From: Paraphysomonas bandaiensis
Taxonomy: Eukaryota; Protista; Chrysophyceae
NCBI GenBank assembly: GCA_965644295.1
Contig: CBFFRP010000392.1
Coordinates: 1-24,845 of the forward strand
Reading direction: 5' to 3'
DNA: 24,845 nucleotides
Shown here piece after piece: positions 1-10,912 of this stretch. A program made the position numbers and the translations under genes. The notes below the pieces were generated by a model that saw only the letters and a list, made by a program, of their open reading frames with translations, was not told the origin of the DNA and ran no database searches. The first letter of the stretch is position 1; the number at the start of each line of letters is the position of its first letter.

Positions 1-12
1 TGTAGTTTTGTA

Positions 13-3000
13 GTGAAATTAAAATTGAGGTTTGAAAGAGAAGACTCCAAGGGAGAGTTCGTGTTATATGAAGGGGATTTCATTGTTGCTGATATGGGTA
101 GCAACGATATTATCATTGGACTTCCGGCTATCGTTAAGGATCTATGGGATTATTTTCTATTTATGCTTAAAGGAAGGACTATTGAACGAATTGAATCAGA
201 AGTAAGTTTTATTAAAAGGCGTGAGGACGATGTTACCGAGGATGATTTGTTGTTGAATGCGGTTGAAGAATTATTGCAGCCGTGGTGTGACAGTAGTAGG
301 GAGGTAGCACCTGAAGAATTGGATGTTCCGGACCCTTCGCAGTTCGGATTTGCCTCAAGTTTTCTTGGAAAAACTAGAGGGAAGCTTTGAGCGAGTTCGA
401 GGATATGTTTGGTGAACACGTGTCTCCAGAGTTCTCAGCAGCGCGACCGGTGCTGGAGTTATTGAGGACTAAGGGAGTAGAGGTATTTGTTCCAGAGCGG
501 TGGGAAGGTATAAAAGGAGTGGATCCGTTGAACATCAAGTTCGCTGAGAATTTGCCTCCTAGGATTAAGCCGAAGGCAAGACCCGTAAATCCTAGATTAT
601 ATGAGGATGCGGAGAAGGAGTTCAGGAGACTGTGTGGTTACATCTATGTTCCTAGTAGGTCGCTATGGGCTTCTTGTTTGGTGATCGCGCCAAAAGCCAC
701 GAAACCTTTTATTAGGATTTGTGGGGATTACGTGCAAATCAACAAGTACATTCCAAGTCCACACTATACAGTTCCTAATGTAAGACATGAGTTGGATCGT
801 ATTATTGGCTATAAGATATTTATGGACATTGACCTCACGAATGCGTTCCATCAGATCAGGTTGCATGAGAACACATCTGAAAAATTGTCAGTTCAAACAC
901 CGTGGGGCCAATTTCAGCCTTTATTCCTTCCGGAGGGAGTGTCTCCAGGGATTAGTGTGTTGCAAGAAGCGGTAGTCAAATTGTTTGGAGATCTGGAATG
1001 GGCGCTGTGTATATTTGATAATGTTCTGTTATTGGCACATGATTTTGATGATGCGTATAAGAAGCTGGAGATTTTCCTGGATAGATGCATTGAACATGGA
1101 GTTGTGTTGAAATTTGCAAAGACCTGGTTAGGATTTAGGGAGATCAAGTTTTTTGGCTATTTAGTGAGGCACAATAGTTTCGAGCTCACGGACGATAGGA
1201 AAGAGGCTTTATTGAAGATTCCTTTTCCAGAGAATGGAAATAGATGTAAGAAGATTAGATCTTTGTTGGGTCTGGGAGTATTCTTTGCTCCATTTGTTCA
1301 GAATTACTCAGATTTGGTTAAACATCTTACGGATATGACTAAGAGTAGTTTTAATTGGGAAGAAACGACATGGCAGCACGATTATAGGCAGGAGTTTGAA
1401 AACTATAAGAGTGGTTTGCAACAGTCTTGTGCTTTGTTTTATCCGAATTATGATCTTGAGTGGACACTTAGGACAGATGCCAGTGACTATGGAGTGGACT
1501 GTTGAGGGAACTGGGTCTAGTCCGATTCAACAGCAAACTATTGCTATCTGTTCCAAGAAATTGTCAGAGCAAGCCTTGAAGTGGTGTACTATTGAGAAGG
1601 AGGGTTTTGGTATATTCTATTCAGTCAAGAAATTTTCGTTTTATCTGAGAGGAAAGAAATTTACAATCGAGACGGACCACAACAACCTTGTGTGGATGGA
1701 GGCATCAGAAGTTGCGAAGATAATTCGATGGAGAATTTATTTGCAGGATTTTGACTTTTTGATTCGTCATATCCCAGGGAAGAACAATGTGGTTGCGGAT
1801 TGCTTGTCAAGATTGCTGTATTTGTCCGGATTTGTGGACGAAAGTGACGATTTCGACTCAGATGAAGTGAACTTCGTGACACTGCATAACATCTTTGAAA
1901 AAGACGATTTTGAGGACGAAGTGCAGGAGATCGCGCCACCTACGGAGGAGCAGAGGATAGATTATCATCAGGCTATCAAGGAGGTTCACAACGCGCAAGT
2001 AGGACACTGGGGTGCGAAAGAGACGTGGAAGCGTCTGTGTAAGCAATTTCCGGGACACGGCGTGCCTTTCAAGGTGGTTGCAGACTTCGTGGACGAATGT
2101 ATCAACTGTCAGAAGAATAGGCGAGAGCTGAAGCAGCGATTGATTCCTATCACTAGACATTTAAAACCGCCTCATTCCAGGAGTGCTTTGGGAATTGACG
2201 CGGTTGCTATTACACCTGTTTCTAAATCTGGTTACACGCATATTGTGGTCATGGTTAATTTGTTTACGAAATTGGTGTACCTATATGCGGTGAAAGGAAT
2301 GACAGCTATCAATTTAGCTACAGCAGTGTGGAAGTGCTGGTGTACATACGGGCTCACGGATATGATTATATCAGATATGGGTCCTGATCTCAAATCAGAA
2401 CTTTTCGCAGAACTGGTTAAGTTGTCAGGACTTCGTCATGTTTTTAGTATTGCCAACAGGCATGTCAATGGATGTGAGCGTATTATTAAGGAAGTGGTTC
2501 GTCACATCCGTGCTATTTGTTTTGACAAGCGAATCGAGGCTGATGCTGTTTTGGAGGACGAACTGTTACTTGCCACTATCATGTTCATTCTGAATACCCA
2601 CGAGAGTAGTGAGACGGGGTATTCTGCGTTCGAACTGACGTTTGGGTCCCAGGATTCTATCTATAAGAATCTTTTGGCTGCCCAGGGGAGAGACAATGAT
2701 CCGTCTCATCAGCTGTTGAAAAGGCTGAACGATTACTTAGCTCTAGTTCGCCAGATATCAGCAGATTACCAGAAGTCTCTAGTTGAGAAACGAGCTGAAG
2801 CGGGTTTGGATCCTGCCAAACAAAACCAGTATTGTCCAGGCGATTTTGTTATGTTCGACGCTGGTGCTAAACCACATCCGAAATTATCCTCGAGGATGAA
2901 GGGTCCTTTCGAAGTGGTACGGCAATACAAGAATGATGTTCAAATTCGAAACCTTCTACCGGGGGAATTCGGGAATACTCTGTCTCTGATCTTGAGCCAT

Positions 3001-3588
3001 TTTTCGGAGATAAGGAATCGGCTATTGAAGCGGCGATGCGAGACCATGAACAATTTAAGGTGGAGGAGATTCTTTCATATACGGGAGATTCACGAACCAA
3101 ATCTACGATGGTCTTCAAAGGTGAAGTATGCGGACGGCGATATCTTGGACATTCCATGGACACCGGATATTCAGTGTGAGGCATATTATGATTTCTGTGA
3201 GTCTAGGCCTTACTTGCGGCACCTCGCATACGACTCGTTTACTGCGAAGCGTTTTATTTCTTCAATGAGGAAAGAGAATATCACAACAGTGTCGGTTGGA
3301 GATACTGTCTATGTTGATCTCAGGTTCTACGGTGACCTGTGGTACGAGAGTCTTGGTTTACCGGATTATGCCACGGCCGCGTATGTCATGGAATTCACGT
3401 ACACCCATTGGTATCACAAGAATTCCAAACGCAAGATTAGCGCCCGTTTTAATCTCAACGGTTCCAACTATGCCTTCGACAACTATTTGGTCTATTGTTG
3501 GGGGTCCCAGAAGGATTTTGACCCTGCTCGCATGATTTTGGTTGATGCGTCGCTCGCTGCGGCTTATCCCAAAATTATTCAGGAGTAG
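13..3588 (+). pseudogene. pol: Gypsy pol polyprotein (protease tail, RT, RNase H, integrase, chromodomain, C-terminal extension) with frame disruptions
   Basis: RT motifs RICGDY, DLTNAFHQI, FQPLFLPEG, IFDN, IKFFG. RNase H motifs TDASDYG, IEKEG, ETDHNNL, NVVADCLSR. Integrase H..GHWG..CINC, GID/SDMG/NGCER and GPF. Breaks at ~380, ~1497 (with apparent loss of the strand after TDASDYGV), ~2958 and ~3119. Confidence 0.93.
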
Positions 3589-3599
3589 CTACGGCATCC

Positions 3600-3619
3600 G
3601 GGGGGGGGAGAAAGGGTAA
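3600..3619 (+). promoter_or_regulatory. Polypurine tract of gypsy element
   Basis: GGGGGGGGGAGAAAGGGTAA begins 12 nt after the pol stop and is immediately followed by TG. Confidence 0.85.
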
Positions 3620-3941
3620 TGTAAAGCCGTGGGCTTTTATAACGCCCTTGGTAGTTTTATATGATGATATATATTGGTATAATAGGCGGTTATAGTATAT
3701 GGAGAAGGAATGAACAAGTTTTATAAGTAGTTGATAGATTGAATTATTAGAGTGATCTAAAGGGAACGAAACAAGACTTACTAACCATCATGGACACGAC
3801 TTCTGTATTTCCTACGAGCTTTTCGACGGGGATGAGTAATACCAGCGTGATTAGGAGGAGGCATACGGCAGCGATTGGGGTTAGGAAGCAGTGATACACA
3901 CAATTTCGTGGGCCTACGTGATTGCCACCCGTTGGTTTACA
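3620..3941 (+). repeat. Putative 3' LTR of gypsy element
   Basis: Starts TGTAAA directly after the PPT. The complementary TTTACA ends at 3941. No second LTR is in the window to confirm the end. Confidence 0.55.
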
Positions 3942-4809
3942 CCTATATCCATATAGCAGTCGGTGTAACAGCGATTTGAGTTAGGAAACATTGATTGGTA
4001 CCGCATGTGCGATATTCGTAGTCCATTCATCATTATGAGAAGCTTTCTGATGGTTTTGAACAGCTCTATGTGCTTGCTCATCGTTCCGGACTATGATATA
4101 CGATTATTTTCCCATTATCACACACCATCGATTTTCTGTGGAATGGGGAGGAATTCGTAGGGTGCCATTGGGCACAGATGCATAGGTGTTCTAGGCATGC
4201 TGATGGTAAAATTTCCCTATGTATAGATGGCTAGGTCTGTTGTACACTGGTTCGCAGGAATGGCGATGTTTAACGGGTTGAAATGTGATTGCAGTTGTCA
4301 TGAAATGTGCTTGCAATTTTTGTGGATTCGAAGATTGTCATTTTTGGGTGTTTGTGGCTCGAAAATCGGCGATTTTCTGCAATTCTCAAAAATTGGGGAT
4401 TTTTGGGTTTTTTGGGACTCAAAAATCGGAGGTTTTTGGAAAAGACCTATTTAGGCGTATTTCAGGGGGTTTTTGACTATAAACGATGTAGGATATGAAT
4501 CGTATGTAGTGTAGTACATGTTTGAGCATATTGTACGGTTGTGGTTGCATTCAATGTCCTGTGTATGAGGAGGAGTCTTTAGACTAGGGGTCTGTCTTTC
4601 GTTTTGCTTGTAACTTTAGTTTTTAATAATAATTCTCTATGAAATTAACATAGTTGGTTGACTGATCTGTCTATTGGGAGCTTTAGATTGCAGGATACAG
4701 GGGAGCTTGTGTTTCTGGCTGTTGGTTTCTTAAAGAGTTATTATTATAGCTTTCTGTTTTGTTGTTTCGATAAACAACCATTTCATATCTTTTCAGTGAT
4801 CTTCGACTT

Positions 4810-5141
4810 GTTGTCTATAGGCAAAGGCCTGCGTTTCATTTGGGATGTTAAAGCCTATGACACAGAGCATTATTTTATTCTGCCTATAGATAATTGCCTG
4901 CGTTTCATTTGGGATGTTAAAGCCTATGACACAGAGCATTTTATGTTGTCTATAGGCAAAGGCCTGCGTTTCATTTGGGATGTTAAAGCCTATGACACAG
5001 AGCATTATTTTATTCTGCCTATAGATAATTGCCTGCGTTTCATTTGGGATGTTAAAGCCTATGACACAGAGCATTTTATGTTGTCTATAGGCAAAGGCCT
5101 GCGTTTCATTTGGGATGTTAAAGCCTATGACACAGAGCATT
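4810..5141. repeat. Tandem array: five 45 bp cores with alternating 24/21 bp linkers
   Basis: Core GCCTGCGTTTCATTTGGGATGTTAAAGCCTATGACACAGAGCATT at 4827, 4896, 4962, 5031 and 5097 (periods 69, 66, 69, 66). Confidence 0.97.
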
Positions 5142-5268
5142 ACAAGGGGGGGGTTGTGACTCAGTCGAGCAATAGCCGATTGATGTCACGGTATTTAATA
5201 TTTATTTATAGGTTCATAATCTTATGGACGATAAGCAGATCAGGCGTTGGACTGAACATAGGAGGGTG

Positions 5269-5664
5269 TGTCGTCATCCCCGTATAGGACATTGACTGTC
5301 GTTGGATTGTGAGCTTGGCTTGGTAGTATACAGCAGTATACTGCACTATACAGTGGGTGCCTGGTATACAGGATATATACAGTGTAGTGAAGACAGCCAG
5401 CTACAGTATACAGTAGAGTAACGGTATACCATTATACGGTGTATGATGACAATACTATGTAGGATATGTACAGTCCAATATGTACAGTGGATTGTTGGTA
5501 TAGAGTAAGGGCATATATATGCCCAAGGTGTGAGCTGTAGGTGTAGTCTGTGATAGAAGATAGATTAGAATGCTAGTCATTATTATCACAGATAACCTCT
5601 GATAAAACAAGTTAATAACACTATCGTTTACTATCAACTTGTGGCTTGTTATTGCCTTACAACA
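5269..5664 (+). repeat. 3' LTR (396 bp, diverged family member)
   Basis: TGTCG...CAACA preceded by GAACATAGGAGGGTG. Homologous to 18695-19076 and 23031-23412 with several indels. Confidence 0.92.
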
Positions 5665-6178
5665 TGAGATCTTATGATTTTGGTGTGAAATATCTTCTTC
5701 CTCTTATCATTGCAATTGTCTAACAATTCGTGGGAATCATTTGTTGGAATCTAACAAATTTCATAAATCTAAGACCCTCCCCTTAGTTTTCATTTATTAA
5801 AACTTTTATACACAAAAATTCCACCGTAGGGAAATGGACTGTAGTCTAACGTATTCCAATATCATACATTAGAAAATTTCATGGGTGAACATCGGCAACG
5901 GCATCTATATTACAAAAACAGGGTGTTCTAAGACAAATCCTGTTTTAGTAAACGGTCGAAATCGTGCTAATTGTAAACCACAATCTACATTATTCTATTA
6001 TACAGTTCAGTACCGTATTATACAGCTCAGTATTGTGTAGTACAGTGTATTTATAGGCTAGTGCTTGTTATCGCCATATCTTGGTGTCTAAAAGTGTCCA
6101 TAACTATAGCGGTTAACACACTATCAGTATTAAGCAATTTGAGCTATTTCACATTTCAATTGAATTACTATCATCGTG

Positions 6179-7119
6179 ATGGAAGACTTGTGCTTGGTAG
6201 TGCAAGGTCAGCAGGAACGAAATATTCTAAATTCTTCAATGAGAGACTATTTGAGCCGCTGCCGAACTATGACCAGACTCATCAATGACATTGAGGGGTT
6301 ACGTGAAGTGGCTCTTGATATCGATGAGACTGGAGTGGCAAGGAAACATACTGGACTAGCCAAAGATGTTCTCAAACTGAAACTTCCAATGGCAGTACAA
6401 ACAGCTAAACTCTTGTTCGCAAAAATTTCTGTAGACACCACATTACCAAAGAAGCGGAAACACGGTGGGCAAGACCCAGTGGAGAACCTTGATGATCCTG
6501 CAGTGGTTGACACTCACAACCCTGCTGCAAATAAAGTAACGGTTAGTGCACAGACTTATCAAAACTATAAGTCAGCCCTTAAATGGTGGCACTGTTACGA
6601 TCTTCCTGACATGGACAAAATAGGATCACCATGGCCAGGTGGAATGGACGAAGCCCTAAAAAAATCTATATCAAGTTACAAACGAGACATAGCAAGCAAG
6701 AAAAGAGCCGGCATTATGCGACAGAAAGAAGGAAAGGAGGCCTACAATCTCAATGGCTACATCGAAATTAATAAGGCTTTCGCTAGGATGAGGCCCACTG
6801 GAAAGCAACGAACTTGGGATGAAGGAGTATTTGCCAGTCTGTTCACAGTGTTATCTGTTTCAACTATTGGAAGGAGTGATAACGTTGATGATTGTTTGCT
6901 CTCCAACTTTGGATGGAGAAACGATGCACTAACAGTGGTGTTTGGAACTACCAAATCCGACCAGACAGGAGAAACAACTTCTGATATAGGGACAACGAAC
7001 AAGAAGTGTACGATTCTGCCTACACTAAGTTGCTACAGGATTTGTACGATGTCTACCCTAAACGACCCGCTACAATTAATATAAATACCATAGCCAACAA
7101 AATAAAAATTAGAAGGTAA
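6179..7119 (+). pseudogene. Crypton-type tyrosine recombinase N-terminal part, fused out of frame to its extreme C-terminus
   Basis: YQNYKSALKWWH, KEGK, VLSVSTIGRSDNV (first catalytic Arg) and W.NDAL.V.F..TKSDQTGE resemble Crypton recombinases as I recall them. From ~6988 the DNA equals the last ~130 nt of the ORF ending at 12205. Confidence 0.78.
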
Positions 7120-7166
7120 GATATCAGCAAGCTTCAATTAATTTGAAAAAAGTAATAATAATCAAA

Positions 7167-8068
7167 CAATAATAAAAGCTGCACAACACACACATACACA
7201 CCTTACACTCTCAGCGTAAACACAATGCTCTTCACTGTAGTTATACACTCATGCCTCAGGATCATACGGACTATGCATCAGAGGCTCCTCTTATATATTG
7301 CTGGATATATAATGCCATTAATAATACACAGCACACTGCATCGTACTATACTTACGTCATTGTGACCTCAAATGACAGAATGAATGGTATATCATATATA
7401 TAATATATTTTCAGGGATGCTGCAGTAGTTCCGTACTGTAAGCTACAGTTAGCACCTCCACATATGATTATCTCACAATGGGGACATCATACCATCATTC
7501 ACACCTCATCAATCAATAATAAAGCAACACAATACACACATACACACCTTACACTCTCAGCGTAAACACAATGCTCTTCACTGTAGTTATACACTCATGC
7601 CTCAGGATCATACGGACTATGCATCAGAGGCTCCTCTTATATATTGCTGGATATATAATGCCATTAATAATACACAGCACACTGTATCGTACTATACTTA
7701 CTTCATTGTGACCTCAAATGACAGAATGAATGGTATATCATATATATAATATATTTTCAGGGATGCTGCAGTAGTTCCGTACTGTAAGCTACAGTTAGCA
7801 CCTCCACATATGATCATCTCACAATGGGGACATCATACCATCATTCACACCTCATCAATCAATAATAAAGCAACACAATACACACATACACACCTTACAC
7901 TCTCAGCGTAAACACAATGCTCTTCACTGTAGTTATACACTCATGCCTCAGGATCATACGGACTATGCATCAGAGGCTCCTCTTATATATTGCTGGATAT
8001 ATAATGCCATTAATAATACACAGCACACTGCATCGTACTATACTTACGTCATTGTGACCTTAAATGAC
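7167..8068. repeat. 346 bp tandem repeat, ~2.6 units
   Basis: CCTTACACTCTCAGCGTAAAC at 7201, 7547 and 7893. Confidence 0.97.
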
Positions 8069-9600
8069 CACATGGCACTGTATCGTATTCTACTTACTTC
8101 ACTGTGAGCTTAAATGACAGGATGACGTATATCGTATTCATATATAGATATGGTTCTATAACAGCTAGATTCTATATATATATATACATATGGTTCATCC
8201 TGCACTGTACAATCCCATACACTACTGCTGTACTGTACAATCCTACCAGACAAGTCCAGAAAAACGAGAAAAGTTCTCACTCATCATCACCACTCACTAT
8301 TCCCCACACCCTCAGATTAAAGGATGGCGGCAATTTATTTTTTTCTCCCATTTTTACTATTTTTACTCATTTTACCCTAAAAATACAGCATTCTATTGAG
8401 AAAAGGGTAGATGTAAAAAAGGTAATTTATTGCATACGGTTTACCCCAATAATGGAGCTCTATCTGTGGAAGAGATAAAAGACGTGATAGACACATTAAA
8501 AGATAGCAACAAATACAAGACAATATCGACATAAGACAGCAATGTCACAACCCTTTAAAGGAAAGATAAGACGAGGTTTATTCGTGGCATCATTAAGTGG
8601 GTCATTCCAGTCGTTATTAAGCATCTTATTGAGCAAGCAGGCGATCTGGTAAGCATGAAGAAGAAGAAGAGCAGTAGAAGGCCAAAAGTTGACTTAAATG
8701 TATGGAGTCTATATATATTTATACTCATAGAGCGTATAACTTTTATCTTTTCTATAGTGAGAGTATGAAAATATGTACAGAGTTGAAACACATTGACACA
8801 CGCTCACACGTCACACCCTTAATATGCATATCACCAGTATTCATCACAGTGAGCCCTTGAGCCGAGTGCACCTTCATAGACATCGTAAAAACATATAAAT
8901 CATAAGTATATATACTGTGACAGCAGGTAACCCAAGAAATAATAATAAGCTTGTAATTTATTATTGCAATACAGATATATATTATGTATACTCCAGGTGT
9001 TAGAACATGACAAGTACATTGTATACTATATGCACGCTGTATATTTAGCTATATTTTGACATTTATACGCATGTTTATACGTATGGAGACTCTTATTTTA
9101 CTAATTATACCCCTATCGCAAGCACTTACATGCACCACCCCAGCAGCTCCCAGAGGGCACCCAAGGCATCTGGTACACTCTATACTATCTATGTCTATAA
9201 TGTTTTTATAGCCTTGAAATTTCATCAATATGTGTTTTTATAACATGTTAATATACTCTATTTCTAGCTATACCTCAGAATCCCTTCAGCGTCTTTCAAC
9301 TACTTCTCCCAGTGCCCTGATAAACTTGTATTACAATTCATTATTTCCCCGATATGGAATTGGTTATAGTCAAATATGTTTGCACGACACACTACATACT
9401 ATATACACACTATAAATCTATAGATATTAAAGCTACCGGAAACAGCCCTTCAACACCCCCAAGCGATGATTCAAACATTCACTTAATTACCGAAATAATA
9501 ATGATAGGAAAGATTGGCTAACTAAAATTATATATATATTCAAACTAATCTAAGCAAATTCATGGAGATGAAACCTAAACATTATCAGATTCAAGCATTG

Positions 9601-10680
9601 TCAAAACATGAAATTGTATGTACCAACCGTTCCTTTTTTCCGTGCATTAAGAATAAAGTGCACCAACATAGACGTAGTAATCATCGCTTTATCCACCTTT
9701 GCGGCTAGGCGAATGTTGTCAGGGTCTGTCTTCGATTTATTAGTATACTCAATTGGCAAAGGACTCAATCCTGCGGCGATTTTTTGGCGTACATCGTCGT
9801 TGCTAGATTTAGCTATGGCGTCTCTTTCTGATTTGGCCATGGAGAGCTGTAATATTAATTTGAACAAAGTCGGGGCAGCAATAGCATCTTGGGTCTTGCA
9901 GTCCCTCAGGAATGGGGCTACATCTCGAAGGCTAGGATCATTTGACATTTCATCATACGAGCCATATTCAGCCTGGTAGTGTCGACAGATTTCCTCTAGC
10001 TCATTATCAACAGCCTTCATTAAGGTGTTTATACAGTCTATATCATTATATGTAGTACTCGCGCCACCTGTGATATAAATTAAACAAAACCTCAAAGGTT
10101 ATGCTAATAAATAAAATGTATATGCTATATATATGCATATGTGTGGTGATTCTACCGTCAGCTTCACTGGTCATTGCATTACCAGATCCCGCACTCGGGC
10201 TAACATAGGAGGGTGCTGGAGTTCGGACACCCCCTGGCTGGAAACAAAACCCAAACTTGTATCATCTTCGGTCTTGCTAAAGGATAGCAAATTGGCATAT
10301 TTTTGCAAAGAATCTTTATTATTGTCGGTTGTTCCAGCAAAACAGTGTAACCCTCGATCAAATGGAATGAATTCGGCAGCAACAACTTGTCGGCAGGGCC
10401 GCATTTCACTGCATGTTATGTCTCTATAATACTCTGCAACATGCAAAATTTGACCCATTTCTCTACACTTTTTCTTAATATATGCTCTCTTGCTTTCACT
10501 GGACCTTTGACTTCCCAAAGTGACGCCCAGAGCTGCCGCAAGGAAACTGAATAAGTCCGCACAGTGGCAGAACCAGACACCCTTGTGGTTAACGTAGTGG
10601 AGTATGAAGCCACCCAATGAGAGGTAGGGCATATTAGACTGCCTAATATCGAGACTTAAACAGTTCTTAGGTGTTGTCAT
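9601..10680 (-). CDS. Hypothetical protein, probably spliced (intron 10155-10068) with one frameshift near 10230
   Basis: Two long minus-strand ORFs with protein-like composition, separated by an AT-rich GT...CAG segment. The true 3' end is uncertain. Confidence 0.5.
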
Positions 10681-10873
10681 CGCGCCTTATGGTGGCCACT
10701 GGAACATATTTGTTATTTCATGACGTTCGCTTATTCACTGGGAATACTGACCTGATTACACACGGTAGATATTGTCAGTAAGGCACATAGTAGTAATAAG
10801 AGTCCTCTACAAGAATATATATATATACAAGTACTTTTACGCAGCCATACGCTCGATATGGTCGCTAAGAGGG

Positions 10874-10912
10874 ACGTACATTAACGCAGAATCACGTACA
10901 TTAACGCAGAAT
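10874..10912. repeat. Direct duplication of ACGTACATTAACGCAGAAT (period 20)
   Basis: Copies at 10874 and 10894, upstream of the minus-strand gene. Confidence 0.9.

Larger units (their letters stand above)
1..3941 (+). mobile_element. Ty3/gypsy LTR retrotransposon (chromodomain-bearing), 5' part outside window
   Basis: Domain order RT-RNase H-integrase-chromodomain, followed by a polypurine tract and a TG-initiated putative LTR. The right boundary is less certain. Confidence 0.92.
3942..5664 (+). mobile_element. 3' portion of a Copia-derived non-autonomous LTR element (same family as 18695-23412)
   Basis: 4810-5664 is colinear with ~22441-23412 (array, G-run, hairpin, PPT, LTR). The left boundary is a guess; 3942-4800 shows only weak similarity. 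Confidence 0.7.

Noticed and set aside
4340-4445. AAAATCGG..TTTT imperfect repeats and palindrome GAAAATCG-G-CGATTTTC as a MITE
   Set aside because: Low-complexity sequence with no definable termini or TSD and no second copy in the window.
4810-5141. CRISPR array next to a reverse transcriptase (also 22441-22902)
   Set aside because: There are only two recurring, mutually related linkers rather than unique spacers. There are no cas genes, the context is eukaryotic, and the array is part of an LTR element.
4658-5287. 209 aa and antisense repeat-protein ORFs over the arrays
   Set aside because: They are open because the 66/69 bp units lack stops. The second array has a 68 bp frame-breaking unit, and I see no recognisable repeat-protein motif.
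6988-7084. C-terminus of the 302 aa ORF as genuine protein
   Set aside because: It is out-of-frame read-through across a deletion junction. The same DNA encodes DNEQEVYD...KIRR in the 11366-12205 ORF.
10202-10215. AACATAGGAGGGTG identical to the Copia-family PPT
   Set aside because: An isolated 14-mer inside a probable exon, not followed by LTR sequence; likely chance.
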